Assembly: GCA_963822945.1 (NCBI GenBank)
Contig: CAWGJO010000025.1
Location: forward strand, 8,178 to 72,177
DNA length: 64,000 nt
Direction: 5' to 3'
Origin: an uncultured Gemmatimonadaceae bacterium
Lineage (GTDB): Bacteria; Gemmatimonadota; Gemmatimonadetes; Gemmatimonadales; Gemmatimonadaceae
A program made the translations under genes and the position numbers. The notes under the pieces were generated by a model, which was not told the DNA's origin, ran no database searches, and worked only from the letters and a program-made list of their open reading frames with translations. Positions 31,946 to 42,791 of the stretch are shown here, piece after piece (the stretch's first letter is position 1; the number at the start of each line of letters is the position of its first letter).

Positions 31946-32584
31946 CTACCACTCCTCCTCGCCCAGGCGACTCAGCACGTCCCGGATCTCGTCGTTCTCG
32001 AACCCGCGGCGAGCGAGAAATCCGTACAGGCGGCGACGACGCGTCGCCTCGTCCAGCCGAGCCAGCGTACGCAGCTTCTTCCGGGCCAGGCGTTCCACCG
32101 TCTCGATCTCGTTCACCGCTTCCTCGGCGAACACCTCGGAGATCGCGGCATCGGCGATCGCGCGGTCCACCCCGCGGCGCGCGAGTTCCTGCTGCACGCG
32201 CCGACGCGACATGCCGCTCCCGAGCGCCTTGGTGCGCGCGAACTGCCGGGCGAAGTCGGCGTCGTCCAGATAACCCGCGCCCTCGAGCCGGTCGAGCACC
32301 CGGTCCACCTGCTCCACCGGCTCGCCCTTCCGCAGCAGGAGCCGCCGCAACTCGAGCCGCGAACGCGCACGCGCCGCCAGCAGCCCGGTGGCGCGGTCCC
32401 ACGTCGCCAGCCGCGCGCACTCCGCCTCGAACGCCGGGCGCACCGGTTCGAATTCCTGCCCCACACGGAGCCCCAGGTTCGCGATCGCCTCGACCGAAAC
32501 GGCGCCCACGCCGCGGCCGTCCACCGCCACCTCGACCCGTCCGGCGCGCCGCGGGTGCGGGACCAGTGCCGTGATCAGCCCCAC
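31946..32584 (-). CDS. recX: Regulatory protein RecX
   Basis: RARSRLELRRLL, GYLDDADFA and FLARRGF motifs; directly downstream of recA. Confidence 0.93.
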   Translation of the reverse strand: MGLITALVPHPRRAGRVEVAVDGRGVGAVSVEAIANLGLRVGQEFEPVRPAFEAECARLATWDRATGLLAARARSRLELRRLLLRKGEPVEQVDRVLDRLEGAGYLDDADFARQFARTKALGSGMSRRRVQQELARRGVDRAIADAAISEVFAEEAVNEIETVERLARKKLRTLARLDEATRRRRLYGFLARRGFENDEIRDVLSRLGEEEW

Positions 32585-32595
32585 GTGCCCTCCGG

Positions 32596-32676
32596 AAAGA
32601 AAGTGCCGGGGAGCCGCACTCTGTAACGTTGGGAGTTTCCGGGTCCCGTCGCTTCCAGACTACGTCTCCCCGGCAC
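32596..32676 (-). terminator. Long hairpin plus U tract between recA and recX (terminator/attenuator or structured RNA)
   Basis: 11-bp perfect closing stem GTGCCGGGGAG/CTCCCCGGCAC, four inner helices, followed by TTTCTTT. Confidence 0.7.
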
Positions 32677-32705
32677 GATTCCTCCGCCGGACGATCCCAG
32701 GGCGC

Positions 32706-33755
<1,050 letters not shown>

Positions 33756-33833
33756 GATCGGCAAGTCCTTTGGTTGAGCGTGAACCCCTGGCCACGCGGG
33801 CTAATCGTAACCCGGCTGGCACCCCTCTCGTTA

Positions 33834-33869
33834 CCCCGAACAAAATACGAAAGCCCTTCGGGGAATCAA
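33834..33869 (-). promoter_or_regulatory. recA promoter with a candidate SOS operator
   Basis: TTGATT-16 nt-TATTTT; TTTC-N7-GTTC brackets the -10 box; flanked by the CCCCGAA/TTCGGGG inverted repeat. Confidence 0.5.
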
Positions 33870-34240
33870 GGGACCACCCCAATGCTGAACGCATTCTCCA
33901 CGTGCCGGACCCGCACCCGACGTCCCTCCACCAAGATACCCACGACGTCGAATCGGTACGACTCGTCGGACCGGCCATGACGTGAGATCCAACTTAAGGC
34001 TGAGCGCTCCAAATCGATGCGTTTCCGCCAGTTAACTGCTTCGATCGGATCGCCGAACCGCTCGCTGGATCGTGCCTTCACCTCCACGAAGGCCACCACC
34101 CCATCGCGCTCGACCACGAGATCGATGTCCCGGTGTCCGAACCGATATCGGCGGTGCACCACGCGCCAGCCCCGCCGGGCCAGCCACCGCTCCGCAATGC
34201 GCTCTCCGAGTTCTCCGAATGCCTGCGTCGCCGCTGACAT
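33866..34240 (-). CDS. YraN family (UPF0102) putative endonuclease
   Basis: GELGERIA...DIDLV...FVEVKAR...RFDVV. Confidence 0.92.
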   Translation of the reverse strand: MSAATQAFGELGERIAERWLARRGWRVVHRRYRFGHRDIDLVVERDGVVAFVEVKARSSERFGDPIEAVNWRKRIDLERSALSWISRHGRSDESYRFDVVGILVEGRRVRVRHVENAFSIGVVP

Positions 34241-34310
34241 GGGGCCAACCTACGGCCCGCGTTCCACGAATCATCACCGGAACGCGCGCGGTCGAACCGG
34301 AACTACGCGC

Positions 34311-35102
34311 TCAGTGCATGTCGACGAGCTGCTGCTCGAATACCACGCCGGGCTGGTGCGGCAGTTCCTGCTGCGTCTGCACCACCACCGGATCGGACTC
34401 CGAGACCCAGTAATGGACGACGCCGTCGGCCGTGGTGAGCGAGATGACCCAGCAGTGGAACCGGCCGAGTGCGGTGTCGAGATCCTGCTCTCCATCCACC
34501 GACAGCGCCCCGGGAACGATGCGGCTGGCGCCCAGGTCCACCTCCAGCACCGACACCGAATCCACGCGCCCGACACTGTGCGGCATCAGCTGCAGCACCA
34601 CTTCGGTCATCGACGCGCCGGCCAGCAGGTCGCGGCCGTGCGCGAGCACGATGTTCTGGTTGCCGGTGGGTCCGCTCGTGCCGCCGTACAACGAATCCGC
34701 CGTGAACTCGATCGCCATCCGCGACCGTCCGCCCAGCACCGAGGTCCAGTGCAGGGGACGCAGATCCACGTAGGACATGTACAGCGAATCGGTGGACGGC
34801 ACGCTTCCGGTCCGCGTTTCGGCGATCAGCCAGGCGGGAAAGGCTGCGTACGTGGCGTGCTCGATGTCCACGTCGCGGCTGCCCACCACGTGGGTGCTGT
34901 CGGGGTAGACCACGCGCATCTGGTAGGTGAGCTGCCGCGGGCGCAGCAGCAGCCCGTTCACCGGCAGGGTTCGGGGCGGCGCCTGGCCGGTATCGGCGGG
35001 CAGCGGACGGCTCGCCATGCTCGTATCCTGCGCGCCGGCCGGCCGTGGCGCCGCTGCCATCGCCATCGCCGCCATCACCAGCAACTGCCAGCGCGCCCTC
35101 AT
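34311..35102 (-). CDS. Secreted beta-rich hypothetical protein (DUF3108-like)
   Basis: Signal peptide MRARWQLLVMAAMAMAAA..AGA; ATGA overlap with the ftsK stop; family call is tentative. Confidence 0.7.
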   Translation of the reverse strand: MRARWQLLVMAAMAMAAAPRPAGAQDTSMASRPLPADTGQAPPRTLPVNGLLLRPRQLTYQMRVVYPDSTHVVGSRDVDIEHATYAAFPAWLIAETRTGSVPSTDSLYMSYVDLRPLHWTSVLGGRSRMAIEFTADSLYGGTSGPTGNQNIVLAHGRDLLAGASMTEVVLQLMPHSVGRVDSVSVLEVDLGASRIVPGALSVDGEQDLDTALGRFHCWVISLTTADGVVHYWVSESDPVVVQTQQELPHQPGVVFEQQLVDMH

Positions 35103-37393
35103 GCGCGTGGCCCGCAGACGCGATCGAGTTCTTCGAGCCCCATCAGCACGTCGCGCGGCCGGCTCGATCCGGGCTCGGACTTGCCGATCACGCCGGCCGC
35201 TTCGAGCTGATCCATGATCCGCGCCGCCCGGCCGTAGCCGATCCCGAGCCGCCGTTGGAGGAGCGACGTCGACGCGCCCTGGTTGTGGATCACGGCTTCC
35301 CCCGCCTCCCGGAAGAGCTTGTCGCGGTCGCCGGCGTCGCTCGCCGGCTCTTCGTCCTTCCCGGCCTCGGCCGCCTCGCGCGCGCGGATGGCGGCGATGA
35401 TGTCCTCCTCCGACGCCTCCTCGAGCCCCAGCCCCTGGGCCAGTCGCGCCTGCCGACGCGCCTCCGCCCGGGCCTCGTACCACTTCATGAGGTTCTCGGT
35501 GTCTTCGCTCGAGATGAACGCACCCTGCAATCGCGCCGGCTCGGACTTGCCCGGTGGGATGAACAGCATGTCTCCGTTGCCGAGCAGCGCTTCGGCTCCC
35601 GCGCCGTCGATGATCGTCCGGCTGTCCACCTGCGAGGCGACCCGGAACGCGATCCGGCTCGGGAAGTTCGCCTTGATGAGCCCCGTAATGACGTTCACGC
35701 TCGGCCGCTGCGTGGCCAGCAGCAGGTGGATGCCGATGGCGCGCGCCTTCTGGGCCAGCATGGCGATCGGCCCCTCGACCTCGCCCTGCACCGTCATCAT
35801 GAGATCGGCCATCTCGTCGATGACGATCACGATGTACGGCAGGACGTCGTCCGTGTAGTCGAGATTCTCGAACGCCACGTCCTCCTGTTTGGGATGCTTG
35901 AGCGGCACGCCGTCCTGCAGGCGCTTGTTGAACTCCTGGATGTTCCGGCACCCGTTGGCGGCGAGAAGCCTGTACCGGTCCTCCATCTCGTGCTTGGCCC
36001 AGTGCAGCACCGAGGCGGCGTCCCGATTGTCGGTGACCACCTTGTGCCGCAGGTGCGGCAGCGTGTTGTACACCGACAGCTCGACCATCTTCGGATCGAT
36101 CATCAGCAGACGCAGCGTGCGAGGCGTGTGCCGGTACACCAGACTGGTGATGATCGTGTTCACGCACACCGACTTGCCCGAGCCCGTCGCGCCGGCAATC
36201 AGCAGATGCGGCATCTTGGCGAGATCGGCGATCACCGGCTTCCCCTCGAGATCCTTGCCCAGCGCCACCGGCAGCGCGGCCCGCGCGTTCTGAAATTCGC
36301 GGGCCTCGATCAGCTCGCGGAAGGCAACGATCTCCGACGTGGGGTTCGGGACCTCGACACCCACGGCGCCGCGGCCGGGAATGGGCGCCACGATGCGGAT
36401 GCTCTGCGCCCGCATCGCGAGCGCCAGGTCGTTGGCCAGGTTCGCGAACTGCCGCACCTTCACGCCCGGCGCCGGCTCGATCTCGAACTGCGTCACCACG
36501 GGCCCCGTGGTCCGCCCCACCAGCTCTCCGTCCACCCGGAACGTCCGCAGCGCCTCGATGAGCTTCTGCCCCATCTCGTCGAGGTCGCGCCGCCCCCCGT
36601 CGCCCACGCGCTCGGGTGGAGGGGTGAGCAGTTCGGGCGTCGGAAGTTCATCGGCCAACGCCGATTCCGGCGAGATGGCCGACGCGTCGATCTCGGCGCG
36701 GATCTGTTCCTCCCGGCGCGCGGCGGCTTCGCCCTTGCTCCCCCGCCGGCCCCGCTTCCTCGACGGCGCCGCCATGCTCGCCTCGGGCTCCGGAGCCTCC
36801 GGCTCGATGCCCGGCATCTCGTCGGGCGAGGGCTCCAACGCCAGCGCCCGATCGGCCTTGCGCCGCGCCGCCGCACCGTCCGTCCCGTGCTGCGCGCCGA
36901 CCAGCGCGCGCACCGGATTCCAGGCCAGGGTGGCGGCCATCAGCCCCGAGACGGCAAGCGCCACCACGATCCACGCGCCGAGGTCACCGAACCAGGCGCG
37001 CCAGTACGAGGCGACGAAGGCGCCCCAGAGGCCCGACGCCGCCGTGTACCCGTCCCCCATCCGAAGCCCCGAGCCCAGCGCCACCACCGCCGGGAGCAGG
37101 AGCACCAGGCCGGCGAGGAAGATCATCCACGAGCGGTCGGTGTCCGAACGCAGCCGGCCGAACACGCGCAGGGCATGCACCATCGGCACGAACGGCACGA
37201 GCAACGCGCCGGGCCACCCCAGCAGCAGCACGAGCGGCCGCGCCAGGTGCGCGCCGACCCAGCCCACGTTGGCCCGCACGTCCACCCCCGAACGGAGTTG
37301 CGCCAGCCCGAGCACCAGCAACGCGCCCGCCAGGAAGACGCCGAGCAACAGGAGGGCGATTGCCGTCAGCTCGCGTCTGAGCGAGTCGCGCAC
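35099..37393 (-). CDS. ftsK: DNA translocase FtsK
   Basis: N-terminal TM segments, MPHLLIAGATGSGKS, DEMADLM, ATQRPS, gamma domain STSLLQRRLGIGYGRAAR. Confidence 0.97.
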   Translation of the reverse strand: MRDSLRRELTAIALLLLGVFLAGALLVLGLAQLRSGVDVRANVGWVGAHLARPLVLLLGWPGALLVPFVPMVHALRVFGRLRSDTDRSWMIFLAGLVLLLPAVVALGSGLRMGDGYTAASGLWGAFVASYWRAWFGDLGAWIVVALAVSGLMAATLAWNPVRALVGAQHGTDGAAARRKADRALALEPSPDEMPGIEPEAPEPEASMAAPSRKRGRRGSKGEAAARREEQIRAEIDASAISPESALADELPTPELLTPPPERVGDGGRRDLDEMGQKLIEALRTFRVDGELVGRTTGPVVTQFEIEPAPGVKVRQFANLANDLALAMRAQSIRIVAPIPGRGAVGVEVPNPTSEIVAFRELIEAREFQNARAALPVALGKDLEGKPVIADLAKMPHLLIAGATGSGKSVCVNTIITSLVYRHTPRTLRLLMIDPKMVELSVYNTLPHLRHKVVTDNRDAASVLHWAKHEMEDRYRLLAANGCRNIQEFNKRLQDGVPLKHPKQEDVAFENLDYTDDVLPYIVIVIDEMADLMMTVQGEVEGPIAMLAQKARAIGIHLLLATQRPSVNVITGLIKANFPSRIAFRVASQVDSRTIIDGAGAEALLGNGDMLFIPPGKSEPARLQGAFISSEDTENLMKWYEARAEARRQARLAQGLGLEEASEEDIIAAIRAREAAEAGKDEEPASDAGDRDKLFREAGEAVIHNQGASTSLLQRRLGIGYGRAARIMDQLEAAGVIGKSEPGSSRPRDVLMGLEELDRVCGPRA

Positions 37394-37395
37394 GG

Positions 37396-38142
37396 TCAGC
37401 CGCCCCGCGCGGGCGTCCGGCGCGTGATCTGCCGGTCCTGGTACACCGGCACTACCGGCGAGGTATCGAGCGTGGCGCAGGCCACGAGGTCCGCGGCGAA
37501 GCCGGCCTCGGCCAGCGCCTGACCGTGGCGCGACGTCTCGAACAGCCCCCACAGGTCGTCCCCGTACTTGCGATGCACCTGCACCGCGGCCAGGGCGGCG
37601 TCGTTCAGGCGCACGTCCTGGAGCCGCCGCGTGGCGTGATGGACGAACCGCCCCGCGCAGGCCGCGTCCTCCAGCGAGAACTGCCCCTCGTGTCCGGCGC
37701 AGATGAAGGCCAGATCGGTGCCCTTGCGCAGCACGCCGCGCATCACCTCGAGCACGGCGGAGAAGTTGACGAACGCGGCGACGAGGACTTCGCGCGCACC
37801 CTGCGTCGCCGCGAAGGCGCCGGTCCCGTTGGTCGTCGTCATCAGCACCGTGCGCCCCTCGACGGCCTCCGCCGTGAACTCCACGGGTGAGTTGCCGAGA
37901 TCGAACCCCTCGATCTTGCGCATCCGGCGTTCGCCGGCCAAGCGCACGTCGTCGCGCTCGAAGGACTTGGCCCGCATCAGCACCGCGTCCGAACTCTCAC
38001 CGGGCACGACCGCCCGCGCGCCGTTCGTCAGCGCGGCCACGATCGACGACGACGCCCGCAACACGTCCAGCACCGCGACCACCCGGCCCGCGACGTCTCC
38101 CGGCCCGATCTCGCGCGCCGTGAAGAAGACGTCGACGCGCAT
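37396..38142 (-). CDS. comB: 2-phosphosulfolactate phosphatase family protein
   Basis: DVLRASS, AGERR, FDLGNSP, TTTNGT and LEDAACAG motifs. Confidence 0.9.
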   Translation of the reverse strand: MRVDVFFTAREIGPGDVAGRVVAVLDVLRASSSIVAALTNGARAVVPGESSDAVLMRAKSFERDDVRLAGERRMRKIEGFDLGNSPVEFTAEAVEGRTVLMTTTNGTGAFAATQGAREVLVAAFVNFSAVLEVMRGVLRKGTDLAFICAGHEGQFSLEDAACAGRFVHHATRRLQDVRLNDAALAAVQVHRKYGDDLWGLFETSRHGQALAEAGFAADLVACATLDTSPVVPVYQDRQITRRTPARGG

Positions 38143-39498
38143 CTACGTGGGCTCCTTCATCAAGTCCGTTTCGCGCTCCAGGAACTTGGTGTCGACCTCG
38201 CCGGCCTGGAACCGCGGATTGTCCATGACGCGCGCCAGGAAGGGGATCGTCGTCGTCACGCCTTCGATGATGAACGCTTCGAGGGCGACCCGCACACGGA
38301 CGATCGCCTCGGCGCGGTCGCGCCCCTGGCAGATCAGCTTGCCCAGCAGGGAGTCGTAGTACGGGGGCACGTTGTACCCCGCGTATACGTGCGAATCGAG
38401 CCGCACGCCGGGGCCCCCGGGCGGATGGAAGGCCTCGATCCGCCCCGGCGAGGGCTGGAAGTTGCGCGCCGGGTCCTCGGCGTTCACGCGCACTTCGATC
38501 ACGTGGCCGCGCAGTGGCGGCAGCTCGAGCACGGACAACGGTTCCCCCGCCGCCACGCGGATCTGCTCCTTCACGAGGTCCACGCCGGTGATCATCTCGG
38601 TGACCGGATGCTCGACCTGGATACGCGTGTTCATCTCCATGAAGTAGAACGACCCATCGGTGTCGAGGAGCATCTCGATGGTGCCCGCCCCCACGTAATC
38701 GATGGCCTTGGCCCCCGCCACGGCCGCGGCGCCCATGCGCGCCCGGAGCTCCGGGGTCACCGCCGGGCTCGGCGATTCCTCGATCAGCTTCTGGTGGCGC
38801 CGTTGCACGGAGCAGTCGCGCTCGCCCAGATGGATCACGTTCCCGTGCTGGTCACCGAGGATCTGGAACTCGATGTGGCGCGGGCGGGCCAGGTACTTCT
38901 CCACGTACACGTCGCCGTTGCCGAACGCACTCAGCGCTTCCGAGCGCGCCAGCCCGAACGACCGCGCGAAGTCGTCGGCGTCCTTCGCCACGCGCATGCC
39001 CTTGCCGCCGCCGCCCGCCGCCGCCTTGATGATGACCGGGAACCCGATCTCCTTGGCGAACTCGAGCGCCTCGTCCACGTCCTCCACCGGCCCGGGGGTG
39101 CCGGGCACGATCGGCACGCCGACTTCGGTCATCGCCTTGCGCGCGGCTGCCTTGTCGCCCATCACGCGGATCTGCTCCGCCGTGGGACCGATGAACGCGA
39201 TGTTCGAGGCCACACACGTCTCGGCGAACTCCGCGTTCTCGGCCAGGAAGCCGTACCCGGGGTGGATGGCGTCGGCGCCGGTGATCTCGGCGGCGGCAAT
39301 GAGGCGTGGGATGCGCAGATAGGAATCGCGGGCCGGCGCCGGTCCGATGCACACGTCGTCGTCCGCGAACCGCACGTGTAGCGATTCGCGATCCGCTTCG
39401 GAGTAGACCGCGACCGTCTCGACGCCCAGCTCCTTGCAGGCGCGAATGACGCGGAGCGCGATCTCTCCGCGATTGGCGATGAGTACCTTCTTAAACAC
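38143..39498 (-). CDS. accC: Acetyl-CoA carboxylase, biotin carboxylase subunit
   Basis: [29 protein letters not shown] and [10 protein letters not shown] motifs. Confidence 0.98.
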   Translation of the reverse strand: MFKKVLIANRGEIALRVIRACKELGVETVAVYSEADRESLHVRFADDDVCIGPAPARDSYLRIPRLIAAAEITGADAIHPGYGFLAENAEFAETCVASNIAFIGPTAEQIRVMGDKAAARKAMTEVGVPIVPGTPGPVEDVDEALEFAKEIGFPVIIKAAAGGGGKGMRVAKDADDFARSFGLARSEALSAFGNGDVYVEKYLARPRHIEFQILGDQHGNVIHLGERDCSVQRRHQKLIEESPSPAVTPELRARMGAAAVAGAKAIDYVGAGTIEMLLDTDGSFYFMEMNTRIQVEHPVTEMITGVDLVKEQIRVAAGEPLSVLELPPLRGHVIEVRVNAEDPARNFQPSPGRIEAFHPPGGPGVRLDSHVYAGYNVPPYYDSLLGKLICQGRDRAEAIVRVRVALEAFIIEGVTTTIPFLARVMDNPRFQAGEVDTKFLERETDLMKEPT

Positions 39499-39563
39499 CG
39501 ATATCTCGAGTCGAAGTCCGACGACGGCTGCGGCGAGCGTCGGTAGTCATGGGCCGCCGGCGA

Positions 39564-40742
39564 TCAGCTCGCCGACTCGCCCTCGAAGGGCGACCAGCTG
39601 GTGTCGCTCGTCCCCGCCACCCCCTGCACGCGCAGCGCGAATTCACTGGGACTGGTGGCGTAGAAGAGGGCGCTCTCGTACGACACGATGCCGCGCGTGT
39701 AGTGCTGCATCAGCGACTGGTCGAAGCTCTGCATCCCGTACTGCACCGTGCCTTCCTTGATCAGCTCGGGAATGTTCAGCGTCTTGGACATGTCGCGGAT
39801 CTGGTCGCGCACCGTCGCCGTATTGATCAACACCTCGGCGGCCGGAATGCGGCCCGGCTTGTCCGAGCGCGGCACCAGCCGCAGGGAAATCACGGCCTGC
39901 AGGGCACTCGCGAGGGAAAATCGCACCTCGGCCTGCTGGTGCGGCGGGTAGAACGACAGCACGCGGTTGATCGTCTGCGTCGCGTCGGTGGTGTGCAGCG
40001 TCGAGAACACCAGGTGCCCGGTGTCGGCCGCCTTCAGCGCCGTATCGAGCGTGTCGAGGTCGCGGATCTCGCCGATCAGGATGACGTCGGGGTCCTGCCG
40101 CAGCACGCGCCGCAAAGCCTGCGAGAAGTTGGACGTGTCGGTGCCCACCTCGCGCTGGTTGATGTGGCAGCTGATGTCCCGATGCAGGAACTCGATCGGG
40201 TCCTCGATCGTGATGATGTTCGCCTTGCGATGTTCGTTGATGTGCTGGATCATCGCCGCCAACGCCGTGGACTTCCCGGACCCCGTAATCCCGGTCACGA
40301 GCACCAGCCCGCGGGGTTTGAGGGCGATCTCCTTGAGCACCGGCGGCAGGTTGAGCTCCTCGATCGTGCGCGCCTGGTACGGAATCGCGCGCATGGCGAA
40401 ACAGAGCGAGCCGCGCTGCTGGTACACGTTCACGCGGAAGCGCCCGATCCCCGGCACGCCCACCGCGAAGTCGCACTCCTTCTCCTCCGAGAACAGCTTC
40501 ACCTGCCGGGCCGTCATCAACTGCTCAGCCAGCGTCTTGAGATCTTCGGGCCGGAGCGCCGGTTGATCCATCGGCTCCAGGTCGCCGTTCACGCGCAGCG
40601 TCGGCGGCCGCCCCACCTTGAGATGCAGGTCGGAAGCCCCGCGCCGGACCAGTTGCTCGAGCACGGTCTTGAAGTGGAACGCGGCCGCGGGCGCGTTGGT
40701 ACCCTCGCCCGGTGCCTGGTTCGGAGCAGCGGGTTTAGCCAT
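39564..40742 (-). CDS. PilT/PilU family type IV pilus retraction ATPase
   Basis: [47 protein letters not shown] and GMQSFDQSL motifs. Confidence 0.94.
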   Translation of the reverse strand: MAKPAAPNQAPGEGTNAPAAAFHFKTVLEQLVRRGASDLHLKVGRPPTLRVNGDLEPMDQPALRPEDLKTLAEQLMTARQVKLFSEEKECDFAVGVPGIGRFRVNVYQQRGSLCFAMRAIPYQARTIEELNLPPVLKEIALKPRGLVLVTGITGSGKSTALAAMIQHINEHRKANIITIEDPIEFLHRDISCHINQREVGTDTSNFSQALRRVLRQDPDVILIGEIRDLDTLDTALKAADTGHLVFSTLHTTDATQTINRVLSFYPPHQQAEVRFSLASALQAVISLRLVPRSDKPGRIPAAEVLINTATVRDQIRDMSKTLNIPELIKEGTVQYGMQSFDQSLMQHYTRGIVSYESALFYATSPSEFALRVQGVAGTSDTSWSPFEGESAS

Positions 40743-41238
40743 TGGGGTCGATCCGGAACAGCGCCTGTCCGTACTCCACCGGCTGCGAGTCCTCGACGAG
40801 GATCTCCTTGATCACACCGGCATACTCGGACTCGATCTCGTTCATGATCTTCATGGCTTCGATGATGCAGAGGATCTGCCCCTTCGCCACGCGCGTGCCC
40901 ACGGCGACATAGGGTTTGGCCCCGGGCTCCGGCGCGTGATAGTACGTCCCGACCATCGGCGACTTCACTTCCAGACCGGCCGGCGCCGGCGCTTTCGGCG
41001 CGGGCTCCGCCTCCGGCGCCACGGCCGGCATTCCCTGCGGCGGGGTCAGTCGGACGTCACCGGGGCCCGCCATCATCGATGGCATCTGCACCGGCGCTGT
41101 CATCTGCACGGTGCCGCGCTGCGACGGCGACTTGGAGATCCGGATCTTGAGCCCCTTGTCCGAGGAGATCTCGATCGAGTCCACCGTGGAACCGTCGATG
41201 ATGTCGATGAGCTTTTTTACGTAGCGAAGGTCGATCAT
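40735..41238 (-). CDS. accB: Biotin carboxyl carrier protein
   Basis: SPMVGT and EAMKIMNEI biotinylation motif. Confidence 0.97.
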   Translation of the reverse strand: MIDLRYVKKLIDIIDGSTVDSIEISSDKGLKIRISKSPSQRGTVQMTAPVQMPSMMAGPGDVRLTPPQGMPAVAPEAEPAPKAPAPAGLEVKSPMVGTYYHAPEPGAKPYVAVGTRVAKGQILCIIEAMKIMNEIESEYAGVIKEILVEDSQPVEYGQALFRIDPNG

Positions 41239-41269
41239 AGAATCGTGGATATGGCGCGAACGGTCCGCC

Positions 41270-42358
41270 CTACACCAGCTCGAGCAACTCGCGCGGAAAT
41301 TCGGTCAGAATACGAGTGTTCTCCGGGCCCAGCCACACATCATCTTCTATCCGTACTCCACCCCACCCCGCCCGGTACACCCCGGGCTCGATGGTCACCA
41401 CCGCACCAACAGGAAGAACCTGCTCGTTGGTCCGGGCAAGCCGCGGCGCTTCGTGCACCTCCAGCCCGATCCCGTGGCCCAGGCTGTGGCCGAACAGCTC
41501 CCCGAGGCCGTGCCGCTCAATGTAGCTCCGAGCGACCGCGTCGGCATCCCGCCCCGTCATCCCGGCGTGGACGGCGGCCGATGCGGCCTCGTTCGCACAT
41601 CGCACCACCTCGTAGACCTCGCGCTGCTCGTCCGTCGCACGCCCGACCACCACGGTCCGCGTCACGTCCGAGCAATACCCCTCCACCACCGCCCCGAAGT
41701 CGAACAGCAGGAAGTCCCCCGTCTGCACGCGGTGCCCCGTAGGTTGGGCGTGCGGCAGCGCGGCGCGCGCCCCCGAGGCGATGATCGTGGCAAACGCGAA
41801 TCCCTCGCTTCCCTCGTCCCGCAGCGCATGCTCCAACGCCCCGGCCACCTCCAACTCGCTCATCCCGGCGCGAACGCCTTCGAGCGTGCGCGCCAGCGCG
41901 CGGATGGCGACGCCGGCGGCCTTTTCGATCAGCGCCACCTCCGACGCATCCTTGCACTCCCTGAGCCGCTCCACCAGATCCGCCGTCGGCCGCCACTGCC
42001 ACTGGCTTCCCGCGCCCTGTAGCCGCTGGAAGTCCCGGTGGGGCATGTGCGCCGCTTCGAACCCCACGAGCTTCATCCCCCGAAACCCGGCCAACTGCTG
42101 CCAGAGCGACGTCCACAGGCTGACCGGGTCGATCACCACCCGCGCGAGATCCCCGACCTCCTCCACCACCTGCGTCTGATAGCGGAAATCGGTGATCAAT
42201 ACCGTTTCAGCGGGCGTGACCACCACCAACGCGCTCGAGCCCGAGAACCCGGTGAGGTACCGGATGTTCGGAAGACTCGTGACGAGCAGGCCGTCGAGCC
42301 CCTCGGCCGCCACGGCGTCGGAGAGCGCGGACAGGCGCCGCGGACGAGAGTCACCCAC
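41270..42358 (-). CDS. Xaa-Pro aminopeptidase (M24)
   Basis: [32 protein letters not shown] and GVRIEDD motifs. Confidence 0.94.
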   Translation of the reverse strand: MGDSRPRRLSALSDAVAAEGLDGLLVTSLPNIRYLTGFSGSSALVVVTPAETVLITDFRYQTQVVEEVGDLARVVIDPVSLWTSLWQQLAGFRGMKLVGFEAAHMPHRDFQRLQGAGSQWQWRPTADLVERLRECKDASEVALIEKAAGVAIRALARTLEGVRAGMSELEVAGALEHALRDEGSEGFAFATIIASGARAALPHAQPTGHRVQTGDFLLFDFGAVVEGYCSDVTRTVVVGRATDEQREVYEVVRCANEAASAAVHAGMTGRDADAVARSYIERHGLGELFGHSLGHGIGLEVHEAPRLARTNEQVLPVGAVVTIEPGVYRAGWGGVRIEDDVWLGPENTRILTEFPRELLELV

Positions 42359-42791
42359 GCGCGTTCAGGTGGGAGACCAGTCCGCGCAGGCCCAGTTCGT
42401 AGCCGAGCACACCCAGTCCGCATACGACGCCGACCGCCGCCGGCGCCAGCATCGAATGCCGGCGCTCCCGTTCACGCGCAAACACGTTTGTGATATGCAC
42501 CTCGACGAACGGCACCTCCACGCCCACCAGCGCGTCACGAATGGCGAGGCTGGTGTGGCTGTACGCGCCGGCATTCACCAGCGCCCCGTGCACCCGGCCC
42601 CGCCACTGATGGATGGCGTCCACCAGCGCACCCTCCCCGCTGTGCTGCGCAAACTCGACTTCCAGGCCCATCGTGTGGCCCAGTTCACTCAGGTGGCGCT
42701 CGACGTCGCCCAGCGTGTCGTGGCCGTACAACTGGGGTTCACGTGTGCCAAGCAGGTTCAGATTTGGCCCGTTGAGGACGGCGATTCTCAC
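42351..42791 (-). CDS. aroQ: Type II 3-dehydroquinate dehydratase
   Basis: NGPNLNLLGTREPQLYG, NAGAYSHTS and EVHITN motifs. Confidence 0.96.
   Translation of the reverse strand: MRIAVLNGPNLNLLGTREPQLYGHDTLGDVERHLSELGHTMGLEVEFAQHSGEGALVDAIHQWRGRVHGALVNAGAYSHTSLAIRDALVGVEVPFVEVHITNVFARERERRHSMLAPAAVGVVCGLGVLGYELGLRGLVSHLNARG

Noticed and set aside
31280..32420. ORFs crossing the 16-bp array (e.g. 31324..31836, 31280..31903) as an alaS leader peptide
   Set aside because: They overlap alaS or recX, are not Ala-codon rich, and their periodic sequence is a by-product of the repeat.
32603..32676. SRP (4.5S) RNA identity for the recA-recX hairpin
   Set aside because: It lacks the conserved CAGG...GNRA...AGCAG domain IV motif.
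39491..39550. 19-aa Arg-rich uORF ([19 protein letters not shown]) overlapping the accC start
   Set aside because: No SD or other support; short ORFs like this arise by chance.
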